Assembly (NCBI GenBank): GCA_964057225.1
Contig: OZ059897.1
Span: 20,646,001-20,710,000 of the forward strand
DNA length: 64,000 nucleotides
Direction: 5' to 3'
Source: Auanema rhodensis
Lineage: Eukaryota > Animalia > Nematoda
Shown here: positions 10,529-25,600 of the stretch, in pieces
How positions within the stretch are numbered: position 1 is the stretch's first letter
Layout of the letters: each line of letters starts with the position of its first letter
Translations under genes and position numbers: made by a program
Notes under the pieces: model-generated
Told to the model about the DNA's origin: nothing
The model's input: only the letters and a program-made list of their open reading frames with translations
The model's database searches: none

Positions 10529-13500
10529 CATCGAATGCACTATACTACATTGAGAAACGCTTAATACAGAAATTAGTTATGATCGTTTGAAAAATGATGC
10601 ATTAGTGTATGTTGAGTTTCCATGTACACTCAACATTGCTTCCAAAAACATTTTGACAAAAATTTTTTCGAAAAATTTCAAAATAATTTAGCAAAAAGTA
10701 GATGTTTTTAGATTTCTTTTTTCAAGGCAAAGACGATGGACGATGTTATTTAACGAAAAAATTAATTCTTCAGGGTGAAAATCGAGGATATAAGTGTAAA
10801 CTTATATCAGTTGATATCTCGGTGCATTTTTAAGCTAGCGCGAATCTGATAACACAGATCGACGCAGCTTAAAAATCCGCATCGAATGCACTATACTACA
10901 TTGAGAAACGCTTAATACAGAAATTAGTTATGATCGTTTGAAAAATGATGCATTAGTGTATGTTGAGTTTCCATGTACACTCAACATTGCTTCCAAAAAC
11001 ATTTTGACAAAAATTTTTTCGAAAAATTTCAAAATAATTTAGCAAAAAGTAGATGTTTTTAGATTTCTTTTTTCAAGGCAAAGACGATGGACGATGTTAT
11101 TTAACGAAAAAATTAATTCTTCAGGGTGAAAATCGAGGATATAAGTGTAAACTTATATCAGTTGATATCTCGGTGCATTTTTAAGCTAGCGCGAATCTGA
11201 TAACACAGATCGACGCAGCTTAAAAATCCGCATCGAATGCACTATACTACATGGAAGAACGCTCAATACAAAAATTAGTTATGATCGTTTGAAAAATGAT
11301 GCATTAGTGTATGTTGAGTTTCCATGTACACTCAACATTGCTTCCAAAAACATTTTGACAAAAATTTTTTCGAAAAATTTCAAAATAATTTAGCAAAAAG
11401 TAGATGTTTTTAGATTCCTTTTCTCAAGGCAAAGACGATGGACAATGTTATTCAACGAAAAAATTAATTCTTCAGAGTGAAAATCGAGGATATAAGTGTA
11501 AACTTATATCAGTTGATATCTTGGTGCATTTTTAAGCTAGCGCAAATCTGATAACACAGATCGACGCAGCTTAAAAATCCGCATCGAATGCACTATACGA
11601 CATTGAGAAACGCTTAATACAAAAATTAGTTATGATCGTTTGAAAAATGATGCATTAGTGTATGTTGAGTTTCCATGTACACTCAACATTGCTTCCAAAA
11701 ACATTTTGACAAAAATTTTTTCGAAAAATTTCAAAATAATTTAGCAAAAAGTAGATGTTTTTAGATTCCTTTTTTCAAGGCAAAGACGATGGACAATGTT
11801 ATTTAACGAAAAAATTAATTCTTCAGGGTGAAAATCGAGGATATAAGTGTAAACTTATATCAGTTGATATCTCGGTGCATTTTTAAGCTAGCGCAAATCT
11901 GATAACACAAATCGACGCAGCTTAAAAATCCGCATCGAATGCACTATACGACATTGAGAAACGCTTAATACAAAAATTAGTTATGATCGTTTGAAAAATG
12001 ATGCATTAGTGTATGTTGAGTTTCCATGTACACTCAACATTGCTTCCAAAAACATTTTGACAAAAATTTTTTCGAAAAATTTCAAAATAATTTAGCAAAA
12101 AGTAGATGTTTTTAGATTCCTTTTCTCAAGGCAAAGACGATGGACAATGTTATTCAACGAAAAAATTAATTCTTCAGGGTGAAAATCGAGGATATAAGTG
12201 TAAACTTATATCAGTTGATATCTCGGTGCATTTTTAAGCTAGCGCGAATCTGATAACACAGATCGACGCAGCTTAAAAATCCGCATCGAATGCACTATAC
12301 TACATGGAAGAACGCTTAATACAAAAATTAGTTATGATCGTTTGAAAAATGATGCATTAGTGTATGTTGAGTTTCCATGTACACTCAACATTGCTTCCAA
12401 AAACATTTTGACAAAAATTTTTTCGAAAAATTTCAAAATAATTTAGCAAAAAGTAGATGTTTTTAGATTCCTTTTCTCAAGGCAAAGACGATGGACAATG
12501 TTATTCAACGAAAAAATTAATTCTTCAGGGTGAAAATCGAGGATATAAGTGTAAACTTATATCAGTTGATATCTTGGTGCATTTTTAAGCTAGCGCAAAT
12601 CTGATAACACAGATCGACGCAGCTTAAAAATCCGCATCGAATGCACTATACTACATTGAGAAACGCTTAATACAAAAATTAGTTATGATCGTTTGAAAAA
12701 TGATGCATTAGTGTATGTTGAGTTTCCATGTACACTCAACATTGCTTCCAAAAACATTTTGACAAAAATTTTTTCGAAAAATTTCAAAATAATTTAGCAA
12801 AAAGTAGATGTTTTTAGATTCCTTTTCTCAAGGCAAAGACGATGGACAATGTTATTCAACGAAAAAATTAATTCTTCAGGGTGAAAATCGAGGATATAAG
12901 TGTAAACTTATATCAGTTGATATCTCGGTGCATTTTTAAGCTAGCGCGAATCTGATAACACAGATCGACGCAGCTTAAAAATCCGCATCGAATGCACTAT
13001 ACTACATGGAAGAACGCTTAATACAAAAATTAGTTATGATCGTTTGAAAAATGATGCATTAGTGTATGTTGAGTTTCCATGTACACTCAACATTGCTTCC
13101 AAAAACATTTTGACAAAAATTTTTTCGAAAAATTTCAAAATAATTTAGCAAAAAGTAGATGTTTTTAGATTCCTTTTCTCAAGGCAAAGACGATGGACAA
13201 TGTTATTCAACGAAAAAATTAATTCTTCAGGGTGAAAATCGAGGATATAAGTGTAAACTTATATCAGTTGATATCTTGGTGCATTTTTAAGCTAGCGCAA
13301 ATCTGATAACACAGATCGACGCAGCTTAAAAATCCGCATCGAATGCACTATACTACATTGAGAAACGCTTAATACAAAAATTAGTTATGATCGTTTGAAA
13401 AATGATGCATTAGTGTATGTTGAGTTTCCATGTACACTCAACATTGCTTCCAAAAACATTTTGACAAAAATTTTTTCGAAAAATTTCAAAATAATTTAGC

Positions 13501-16495
13501 AAAAAGTAGATGTTTTTAGATTTCTTTTTTCAAGGCAAAGACGATGGACGATGTTATTTAACGAAAAAATTAATTCTTCAGGGTGAAAATCGAGGATATA
13601 AGTGTAAACTTATATCAGTTGATATCTCGGTGCATTTTTAAGCTAGCGCGAATCTGATAACACAGATCGACGCAGCTTAAAAATCCGCATCGAATGCACT
13701 ATACTACATGGAAGAACGCTTAATACAAAAATTAGTTATGATCGTTTGAAAAATGATGCATTAGTGTATGTTGAGTTTCCATGTACACTCAACATTGCTT
13801 CCAAAAACATTTTGACAAAAATTTTTTCGAAAAATTTCAAAATAATTTAGCAAAAAGTAGATGTTTTTAGATTCCTTTTCTCAAGGCAAAGACGATGGAC
13901 AATGTTATTCAACGAAAAAATTAATTCTTCAGGGTGAAAATCGAGGATATAAGTGTAAACTTATATCAGTTGATATCTTGGTGCATTTTTAAGCTAGCGC
14001 AAATCTGATAACACAGATCGACGCAGCTTAAAAATCCGCATCGAATGCACTATACTACATTGAGAAACGCTTAATACAAAAATTAGTTATGATCGTTTGA
14101 AAAATGATGCATTAGTGTATGTTGAGTTTCCATGTACACTCAACATTGCTTCCAAAAACATTTTGACAAAAATTTTTTCGAAAAATTTCAAAATAATTTA
14201 GCAAAAAGTAGATGTTTTTAGATTCCTTTTCTCAAGGCAAAGACGATGGACAATGTTATTCAACGAAAAAATTAATTCTTCAGGGTGAAAATCGAGGATA
14301 TAAGTGTAAACTTATATCAGTTGATATCTTGGTGCATTTTTAAGCTAGCGCAAATCTGATAACACAGATCGACGCAGCTTAAAAATCCGCATCGAATGCA
14401 CTATACTACATTGAGAAACGCTTAATACAAAAATTAGTTATGATCGTTTGAAAAATGATGCATTAGTGTATGTTGAGTTTCCATGTACACTCAACATTGC
14501 TTCCAAAAACATTTTGACAAAAATTTTTTCGAAAAATTTCAAAATAATTTAGCAAAAAGTAGATGTTTTTAGATTTCTTTTTTCAAGGCAAAGACGATGG
14601 ACAATGTTATTTAACGAAAAAATTAATTCTTCAGGGTGAAAATCGAGGATATAAGTGTAAACTTATATCAGTTGATATCTCGGTGCATTTTTAAGCTAGC
14701 GCGAATCTGATAACACAGATCGACGCAGCTTAAAAATCCGCATCGAATGCACTATACTACATGGAAGAACGCTTAATACAAAAATTAGTTATGATCGTTT
14801 GAAAAATGATGCATTAGTGTATGTTGAGTTTCCATGTACACTCAACATTGCTTCCAAAAACATTTTGACAAAAATTTTTTCGAAAAATTTCAAAATAATT
14901 TAGCAAAAAGTAGATGTTTTTAGATTCCTTTTCTCAAGGCAAAGACGATGGACAATGTTATTCAACGAAAAAATTATTTCTTCAGGGTGAAAATCGAGGA
15001 TATAAGTGTGAACTTATATCAGTTGATATCTCGGTGCATTTTTAAGCTAGCGCAAATCTGATAACACAGATCGACGCAGCTTAAAAATCCGCATCGAATG
15101 CACTATACTACATTGAGAAACGATTAATACAAAAATTAGTTATGATCGTTTGAAAAATGATGCATTAGTGTATGTTGAGTTTCCATGTACACTCAACATT
15201 GCTTCCAAAAACATTTTGACAAAAATTTTTTCGAAAAATTTCAAAATAATTTAGCAAAAAGTAGATGTTTTTAGATTCCTTTTTTCAAGGCAAAGACGAT
15301 GGACAATGTTATTCAACGAAAAAATTGATTCTTCAGGGTGAAAATCGAGGATATAAGTGTAAACTTATATCAGTTGATATCTCGGTGCATTTTTAAGCTA
15401 GCGCGAATCTGATAACACAGATCGACGCAGCTTAAAAATCCGCATCGAATGCACTATACTACATTGAGAAACGCTTAATACAAAAATTAGTTATGATCGT
15501 TTGAAAAATGATGCATTAGTGTATGTTGAGTTTCCATGTACACTCAACATTGCTTCCAAAAACATTTTGACAAAAATTTTTTCGAAAAATTTCAAAATAA
15601 TTTAGCAAAAAGTAGATGTTTTTAGATTCCTTTTCTCAAGGCAAAGACGATGGACAATGTTATTCAACGAAAAAATTATTTCTTCAGGGTGAAAATCGAG
15701 GATATAAGTGTGAACTTATATCAGTTGATATCTCGGTGCATTTTTAAGCTAGCGCAAATCTGATAACACAGATCGACGCAGCTTAAAAATCCGCATCGAA
15801 TGCACTATACTACATTGAGAAACGCTTAATACAAAAATTAGTTATGATCGTTTGAAAAATGATGCATTAGTGTATGTTGAGTTTCCATGTACACTCAACA
15901 TTGCTTCCAAAAACATTTTGACAAAAATTTTTTCGAAAAATTTCATAATAATTTAGCAAAAAGTAGATGTTTTTAGATTCCTTTTTTCAAGGCAAAGACG
16001 ATGGACAATGTTATTCAACGAAAAAATTATTTCTTCAGGGTGAAAATCGAGGATATAAGTGTGAACTTATATCAGTTGATATCTCGGTGCATTTTTAAGC
16101 TAGCGCAAATCTGATAACACAGATCGACGCAGCTTAAAAATCCGCATCGAATGCACTATACTACATTGAGAAACGCTTAATACAAAAATTAGTTATGATC
16201 GTTTGAAAAATGATGCATTAGTGTATGTTGAGTTTCCATGTACACTCAACATTGCTTCCAAAAACATTTTGACAAAAATTTTTTCGAAAAATTTCAAAAT
16301 AATTTAGCAAAAAGTAGATGTTTTTAGATTCCTTTTTTCAAGGCAAAGACGATGGACAATGTTATTCAACGAAAAAATTAATTCTTCAGGGTGAAAATCG
16401 AGGATATAAGTGTGAACTTATATCAGTTGATATCTTGGTGCATTTTTAAGCTAGCGCAAATCTGATAACACAGATCGACGCAGCTTAAAAATCCG

Positions 16496-17550
16496 CATCG
16501 AATGCACTATACTACATGGAAGAACGCTTAATACAAAAATTAGTTATGATCGTTTGGAAAATGATGCATTAGTGTATGTTGAGTTTCCATGTACACTCAA
16601 CATTGCTTCCAAAAACATTTTGACAAAAATTTTTTCGAAAAATTTCAAAATAATTTAGCAAAAAGTAGATGTTTTTAGATTCCTTTTTTCAAGGCAAAGA
16701 CGATGGACAATGTTATTCAACGAAAAAAATTATTTCTTCAGGGTGAAAATCGAGGATATAAGTGTGAACTTATATCAGTTGATATCTCGGTGCATTTTTA
16801 AGCTAGCGCAAATCTGATAACACAGATCGACGCAGCTTAAAAATCCGCATCGAATGCACTATACTACATGGAAGAACGCTTAATACAAAAATTAGTTATG
16901 ATCGTTTGAAAAATGATGCATTAGTGTATGTTGAGTTTCCATGTACACTCAACATTGCTTCCAAAAACATTTTGACAAAAATTTTTTCGAAAAATTTCAA
17001 AATAATTTAGCAAAAAGTAGATGTTTTTAGATTTCTTTTTTCAAGGCAAAGACGATGGACAATGTTATTCAACGAAAAAATTAATTCTTCAGGGTGAAAA
17101 TCGAGGATATAAGTGTAAACTTATATCAGTTGATATCTTGGTGCATTTTTAAGCTAGCGCAAATCTGATAACACAGATCGACGCAGCTTAAAAATCCGCA
17201 TCGAATGCACTATACTACATTGAGAAACGCTTAATACAAAAATTAGTTATGATCGTTTGAAAAATGATGCATTAGTGTATGTTGAGTTTCCATGTACACT
17301 CAACATTGCTTCCAAAAACATTTTGACAAAAATTTTTTCGAAAAATTTCAAAATAATTTAGCAAAAAGTAGATGTTTTTAGATTCCTTTTTTCAAGGCAA
17401 AGACGATGGACAATGTTATTCAACGAAAAAAATTATTTCTTCAGGGTGAAAATCGAGGATATAAGTGTGAACTTATATCAGTTGATATCTCGGTGCATTT
17501 TTAAGCTAGCGCAAATCTGATAACACAGATCGACGCAGCTTAAAAATCCG
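16496..17550 (+). repeat. Two 352-bp monomers (A6 to A7 expansion) flanking one normal unit
   Basis: A7 runs at 16723-16729 and 17426-17432; unit starts 16496, 16848, 17199, 17551. Confidence 0.9.
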
Positions 17551-20500
17551 CATCGAATGCACTATACTACATGGAAGAACGCTTAATACAAAAATTAGTT
17601 ATGATCGTTTGAAAAATGATGCATTAGTGTATGTTGAGTTTCCATGTACACTCAACATTGCTTCCAAAAACATTTTGACAAAAATTTTTTCGAAAAATTT
17701 CAAAATAATTTAGCAAAAAGTAGATGTTTTTAGATTTCTTTTTTCAAGGCAAAGACGATGGACAATGTTATTCAACGAAAAAATTAATTCTTCAGGGTGA
17801 AAATCGAGGATATAAGTGTAAACTTATATCAGTTGATATCTTGGTGCATTTTTAAGCTAGCGCAAATCTGATAACACAGATCGACGCAGCTTAAAAATCC
17901 GCATCGAATGCACTATACTACATTGAGAAACGCTTAATACAAAAATTAGTTATGATCGTTTGAAAAATGATGCATTAGTGTATGTTGAGTTTCCATGTAC
18001 ACTCAACATTGCTTCCAAAAACATTTTGACAAAAATTTTTTCGAAAAATTTCGAAATAATTTAGCAAAAAGTAGATGTTTTTAGATTTCTTTTTTCAAGG
18101 CAAAGACGATGGACAATGTTATTTAACGAAAAAATTAATTCTTCAGGGTGAAAATCGAGGATATAAGTGTAAACTTATATCAGTTGATATCTCGGTGCAT
18201 TTTTAAGCTAGCGCGAATCTGATAACACAGATCGACGCAGCTTAAAAATCCGCATCGAATGCACTATACTACATGGAAGAACGTTTAATACAAAAATTAG
18301 TTATGATCGTTTGAAAAATGATGCATTAGTGTATGTTGAGTTTCCATGTACACTCAACATTGCTTCCAAAAACATTTTGACAAAAATTTTTTCGAAAAAT
18401 TTCAAAATAATTTAGCAAAAAGTAGATGTTTTTAGATTCCTTTTCTCAAGGCAAAGACGATGGACAATGTTATTCAACGAAAAAATTATTTCTTCAGGGT
18501 GAAAATCGAGGATATAAGTGTGAACTTATATCAGTTGATATCTCGGTGCATTTTTAAGCTAGCGCAAATCTGATAACACAGATCGACGCAGCTTAAAAAT
18601 CCGCATCGAATGCACTATACTACATTGAGAAACGCTTAATACAAAAATTAGTTATGATCGTTTGAAAAATGATGCATTAGTGTATGTTGAGTTTCCATGT
18701 ACACTCAACATTGCTTCCAAAAACATTTTGACAAAAATTTTTTCGAAAAATTTCAAAATAATTTAGCAAAAAGTAGATGTTTTTAGATTCCTTTTTTCAA
18801 GGCAAAGACGATGGACAATGTTATTCAACGAAAAAATTAATTCTTCAGGGTGAAAATCGAGGATATAAGTGTAAACTTATATCAGTTGATATCTTGGTGC
18901 ATTTTTAAGCTAGCGCAAATCTGATAACACAGATCGACGCAGCTTAAAAATCCGCATCGAATGCACTATACTACATTGAGAAACGCTTAATACAAAAATT
19001 AGTTATGATCGTTTGAAAAATGATGCATTAGTGTATGTTGAGTTTCCATGTACACTCAACATTGCTTCCAAAAACATTTTGACAAAAATTTTTTCGAAAA
19101 ATTTCAAAATAATTTAGCAAAAAGTAGATGTTTTTAGATTTCTTTTTTCAAGGCAAAGACGATGGACAATGTTATTTAACGAAAAAATTAATTCTTCAGG
19201 GTGAAAATCGAGGATATAAGTGTAAACTTATATCAGTTGATATCTCGGTGCATTTTTAAGCTAGCGCAAATCTGATAACACAGATCGACACAGCTTAAAA
19301 ATCCGCATCGAATGCACTATACGACATTGAGAAACGCTTAATACAAAAATTAGTTATGATCGTTTGAAAAATGATGCATTAGTGTATGTTGAGTTTCCAT
19401 GTACACTCAACATTGCTTCCAAAAACATTTTGACAAAAATTTTTTCGAAAAATTTCAAAATAATTTAGCAAAAAGTAGATGTTTTTAGATTCCTTTTTTC
19501 AAGGCAAAGACGATGGACAATGTTATTCAACGAAAAAATTAATTCTTCAGGGTGAAAATCGAGGATATAAGTGTGAACTTATATCAGTTGATATCTCGGT
19601 ACATTTTTAAGCTAGCGCAAATCTGATAACACAGATCGACGCAGCTTAAAAATCCGCATCGAATGCACTTTACTACATGGAAGAACGCTTAATACAAAAA
19701 TTAGTTATGATCGTTTGGAAAATGATGCATTAGTGTATGTTGAGTTTCCATGTACACTCAACATTGCTTCCAAAAACATTTTGACAAAAATTTTTTCGAA
19801 AAATTTCAAAATAATTTAGCAAAAAGTAGATGTTTTTAGATTCCTTTTTTCAAGGCAAAGACGATGGACAATGTTATTCAACGAAAAAATTATTTCTTCA
19901 GGGTGAAAATCGAGGATATAAGTGTGAACTTATATCAGTTGATAACTCGGTGCATTTTTAAGCTAGCGCAAATCTGATAACACAGATCGACGCAGCTTAA
20001 AAATCCGCATAGAATGCACTATACTACATTGAGAAACGCTTAATACAAAAATTAGTTATGATCGTTTGAAAAATGATGCATTAGTGTATGTTGAGTTTCC
20101 ATGTACACTCAACATTGCTTCCAAAAACATTTTGACAAAAATTTTTTCGAAAAATTTCAAAATAATTTAGCAAAAAGTAGATGTTTTTAGATTCCTTTTT
20201 TCAAGGCAAAGACGATGGACAATGTTATTCAACGAAAAAATTAATTCTTCAGGGTGAAAATCGAGGATATAAGTGTAAACTTATATCAGTTGATATCTTG
20301 GTGCATTTTTAAGCTAGCGCAAATCTGATAACACAGATCGACGCAGCTTAAAAATCCGCATCGAATGCACTATACTACATTGAGAAACGCTTAATACAAA
20401 AATTAGTTATGATCGTTTGAAAAATGATGCATTAGTGTATGTTGAGTTTCCATGTACACTCAACATTGCTTCCAAAAACATTTTGACAAAAATTTTTTCG

Positions 20501-22464
20501 AAAAATTTCAAAATAATTTAGCAAAAAGTAGATGTTTTTAGATTTCTTTTTTCAAGGCAAAGACGATGGACAATGTTATTTAACGAAAAAATTAATTCTT
20601 CAGGGTGAAAATCGAGGATATAAGTGTAAACTTATATCAGTTGATATCTCGGTGCATTTTTAAGCTAGCGCAAATCTGATAACACAGATCGACACAGCTT
20701 AAAAATCCGCATCGAATGCACTATACGACATTGAGAAACGCTTAATACAAAAATTAGTTATGATCGTTTGAAAAATGATGCATTAGTGTATGTTGAGTTT
20801 CCATGTACACTCAACATTGCTTCCAAAAACATTTTGACAAAAATTTTTTCGAAAAATTTCAAAATAATTTAGCAAAAAGTAGATGTTTTTAGATTCCTTT
20901 TTTCAAGGCAAAGACGATGGACAATGTTATTCAACGAAAAAATTAATTCTTCAGGGTGAAAATCGAGGATATAAGTGTGAACTTATATCAGTTGATATCT
21001 CGGTACATTTTTAAGCTAGCGCAAATCTGATAACACAGATCGACGCAGCTTAAAAATCCGCATCGAATGCACTTTACTACATGGAAGAACGTTTAATACA
21101 AAAATTAGTTATGATCGTTTGGAAAATGATGCATTAGTGTATGTTGAGTTTCCATGTACACTCAACATTGCTTCCAAAAACATTTTGACAAAAATTTTTT
21201 CGAAAAATTTCAAAATAATTTAGCAAAAAGTAGATGTTTTTAGATTTCTTTTTTCAAGGCAAAGACGATGGACAATGTTATTTAACGAAAAAATTAATTC
21301 TTCAGGGTGAAAATCGAGGATATAAGTGTAAACTTATATCAGTTGATATCTCGGTGCATTTTTAAGCTAGCGCAAATCTGATAACACAGATCGACGCAGC
21401 TTAAAAATCCGCATCGAATGCACTATACTACATTGAGAAACGCTTAATACAAAAATTAGTTATGATCGTTTGAAAAATGATGCATTAGTGTATGTTGAGT
21501 TTCCATGTACACTCAACATTGCTTCCAAAAACATTTTGACAAAAATTTTTTCGAAAAATTTCAAAATAATTTAGCAAAAAGTAGATGTTTTTAGATTCCT
21601 TTTTTCAAGGCAAAGACGATGGACAATGTTATTCAACGAAAAAATTAATTCTTCAGGGTGAAAATCGAGGATATAAGTGTAAACTTATATCAGTTGATAT
21701 CTTGGTGCATTTTTAAGCTAGCGCAAATCTGATAACACAGATCGACGCAGCTTAAAAATCCGCATCGAATGCACTATACTACATTGAGAAACGCTTAATA
21801 CAAAAATTAGTTATGATCGTTTGAAAAATGATGCATTAGTGTATGTTGAGTTTCCATGTACACTCAACATTGCTTCCAAAAACATTTTGACAAAAATTTT
21901 TTCGAAAAATTTCAAAATAATTTAGCAAAAAGTAGATGTTTTTAGATTTCTTTTTTCAAGGCAAAGACGATGGACAATGTTATTTAACGAAAAAATTAAT
22001 TCTTCAGGGTGAAAATCGAGGATATAAGTGTAAACTTATATCAGTTGATATCTCGGTGCATTTTTAAGCTAGCGCAAATCTGATAACACAGATCGACGCA
22101 GCTTAAAAATCCGCATCGAATGCACTATACTACATTGAGAAACGCTTAATACAAAAATTAGTTATGATCGTTTGAAAAATGATGCATTAGTGTATGTTGA
22201 GTTTCCATGTACACTCAACATTGCTTCCAAAAACATTTTGACAAAAATTTTTTCGAAAAATTTCAAAATAATTTAGCAAAAAGTAGATGTTTTTAGATTC
22301 CTTTTTTCAAGGCAAAGACGATGGACAATGTTATTCAACGAAAAAATTAATTCTTCAGGGTGAAAATCGAGGATATAAGTGTAAACTTATATCAGTTGAT
22401 ATCTTGGTGCATTTTTAAGCTAGCGCAAATCTGATAACACAGATCGACGCAGCTTAAAAATCCG

Positions 22465-22691
22465 CGATTTTAAAAAAATTCGAAAAATTTCAAAATAATT
22501 TAGCAAAAAGTAGATGTTTTTAGATTCCTTTTTTCAAGGCAAAGACGATGGACCATGTTATTCAACGAAAAAAGTAATTCTTCAGGGTGAAAATCGAGGA
22601 TATAAGTGTGAACTTATATCAGTTGATATCTCGGTGCATTTTTAAGCTAGCGCAAATCTGATAACACAGATCGACGCAGCTTAAAAATCCG
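22465..22691 (+). repeat. Truncated 227-bp monomer: positions 2-138 replaced by 13-nt filler GATTTTAAAAAAA
   Basis: ...AAAAATCCGC-GATTTTAAAAAAA-TTCGAAAAATTTC; filler 22466-22478; next unit at 22692 (net -124 bp). Confidence 0.95.
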
Positions 22692-25600
22692 CATCGAATG
22701 CACTATACTACATGGAAGAACGCTTAATACAAAAATTAGTTATGATCGTTTGAAAAATGATGCATTAGTGTATGTTGAGTTTCCATGTACACTCAACATT
22801 GCTTCCAAAAACATTTTGACAAAAATTTTTTCGAAAAATTTCAAAATAATTTAGCAAAAAGTAGATGTTTTTAGATTCCTTTTCTCAAGGCAAAGACGAT
22901 GGACAATGTTATTCAACGAAAAAATTATTTCTTCAGGGTGAAAATCGAGGATATAAGTGTGAACTTATATCAGTTGATATCTCGGTGCATTTTTAAGCTA
23001 GCGCAAATCTGATAACACAGATCGACGCAGCTTAAAAATCCGCATCGAATGCACTATACTACATTGAGAAACGCTTAATACAAAAATTAGTTATGATCGT
23101 TTGAAAAATGATGCATTAGTGTATGTTGAGTTTCCATGTACACTCAACATTGCTTCCAAAAACATTTTGACAAAAATTTTTTCGAAAAATTTCAAAATAA
23201 TTTAGCAAAAAGTAGATGTTTTTAGATTCCTTTTTTCAAGGCAAAGACGATGGACAATGTTATTCAACGAAAAAATTAATTCTTCAGGGTGAAAATCGAG
23301 GATATAAGTGTAAACTTATATCAGTTGATATCTTGGTGCATTTTTAAGCTAGCGCAAATCTGATAACACAGATCGACGCAGCTTAAAAATCCGCATCGAA
23401 TGCACTATACTACATTGAAAAACGCTTAATACAAAAATTAGTTATGATCGTTTGAAAAATGATGCATTAGTGTATGTTGAGTTTCCATGTACACTCAACA
23501 TTGCTTCCAAAAACATTTTGACAAAAATTTTTTCGAAAAATTTCAAAATAATTTAGCAAAAAGTAGATGTTTTTAGATTCCTTTTTTCAAGGCAAAGACG
23601 ATGGACAATGTTATTTAACGAAAAAATTAATTCTTCAGGGTGAAAATCGAGGATATAAGTGTAAACTTATATCAGTTGATATCTCGGTGCATTTTTAAGC
23701 TAGCGCAAATCTGATAACACAGATCGACACAGCTTAAAAATCCGCATCGAATGCACTATACGACATTGAGAAACGCTTAATACAAAAATTAGTTATGATC
23801 GTTTGAAAAATGATGCATTAGTGTATGTTGAGTTTCCATGTACACTCAACATTGCTTCCAAAAACATTTTGACAAAAATTTTTTCGAAAAATTTCAAAAT
23901 AATTTAGCAAAAAGTAGATGTTTTTAGATTCCTTTTTTCAAGGCAAAGACGATGGACAATGTTATTCAACGAAAAAATTAATTCTTCAGGGTGAAAATCG
24001 AGGATATAAGTGTGAACTTATATCAGTTGATATCTCGGTACATTTTTAAGCTAGCGCAAATCTGATAACACAGATCGACGCAGCTTAAAAATCCGCATCG
24101 AATGCACTATACTACATGGAAGAACGCTTAATACAAAAATTAGTTATGATCGTTTTGAAAATGATGCATTAGTGTATGTTGAGTTTCCATGTACACTCAA
24201 CATTGCTTCCAAAAACATTTTGACAAAAATTTTTTCGAAAAATTTCAAAATAATTTAGCAAAAAGTAGATGTTTTTAGATTCCTTTTTTCAAGGCAAAGA
24301 CGATGGACAATGTTATTCCACGAAAAAATTATTTCTTCAGGGTGAAAATCGAGGATATAAGTGTGAACTTATATCAGTTGATATCTCGGTGCATTTTTAA
24401 GCTAGCGCAAATCTGATAACACAGATCGACGCAGCTTAAAAATCCGCATCGAATGCACTATACTACTTTGAGAAACGCTTAATACAAAAATTAGTTATGA
24501 TCGTTTGAAAAATGATGCATTAGTGTATGTTGAGTTTCCATGTACACTCAACATTGCTTCCAAAAACATTTTGACAAAAATTTTTTCGAAAAATTTCAAA
24601 ATAATTTAGCAAAAAGTAGATGTTTTTAGATTCCTTTTTTCAAGGCAAAGAGGATGGACAATGTTATTTAACGAAAAAATTAATTCTTCAGGGTGAAAAT
24701 CGAGGATATAAGTGTGAACTTATATCAGTTGATATCTCGGTGCATTTTTAAGCTAGCGCAAATCTGATAACACAGATCGACGCAGCTTAAAAATCCGCAT
24801 CGAATGCACTATACTACTTTGAGAAACGCTTAATACAAAAATTAGTTATGATCGTTTGAAAAATGATGCATTAGTGTATGTTGAGTTTCCATGTACACTC
24901 AACATTGCTTCCAAAAACATTTTGACAAAAATTTTTTCGAAAAATTTCAAAATAATTTAGCAAAAAGTAGATGTTTTTAGATTTCTTTTTTCAAGGCAAA
25001 GACGATGGACAATGTTATTTAACGAAAAAATTAATTCTTCAGGGTGAAAATCGAGGATATAAGTGTAAACTTATATCAGTTGATATCTCGGTGCATTTTT
25101 AAGCTAGCGCAAATCTGATAACACAGATCGACGCAGCTTAAAAATCCGCATCGAATGCACTATACTACATGGAAGAACGCTTAATACAAAAATTAGTTAT
25201 GATCGTTTGGAAAATGATGCATTAGTGTATGTTGAGTTTCCATGTACACTCAACATTGCTTCCAAAAACATTTTGACAAAAATTTTTTCGAAAAATTTCA
25301 AAATAATTTAGCAAAAAGTAGATGTTTTTAGATTCCTTTTTTCAAGGCAAAGACGATGGACAATGTTATTCAACGAAAAAATTATTTCTTCAGGGTGAAA
25401 ATCGAGGATATAAGTGTGAACTTATATCAGTTGATATCTCGGTGCATTTTTAAGCTAGCGCAAATCTGATAACACAGATCGACGCAGCTTAAAAATCCGC
25501 ATCGAATGCACTATACTACATTGAGAAACGCTTAATACAAAAATTAGTTATGATCGTTTGAAAAATGATGCATTAGTGTATGTTGAGTTTCCATGTACAC

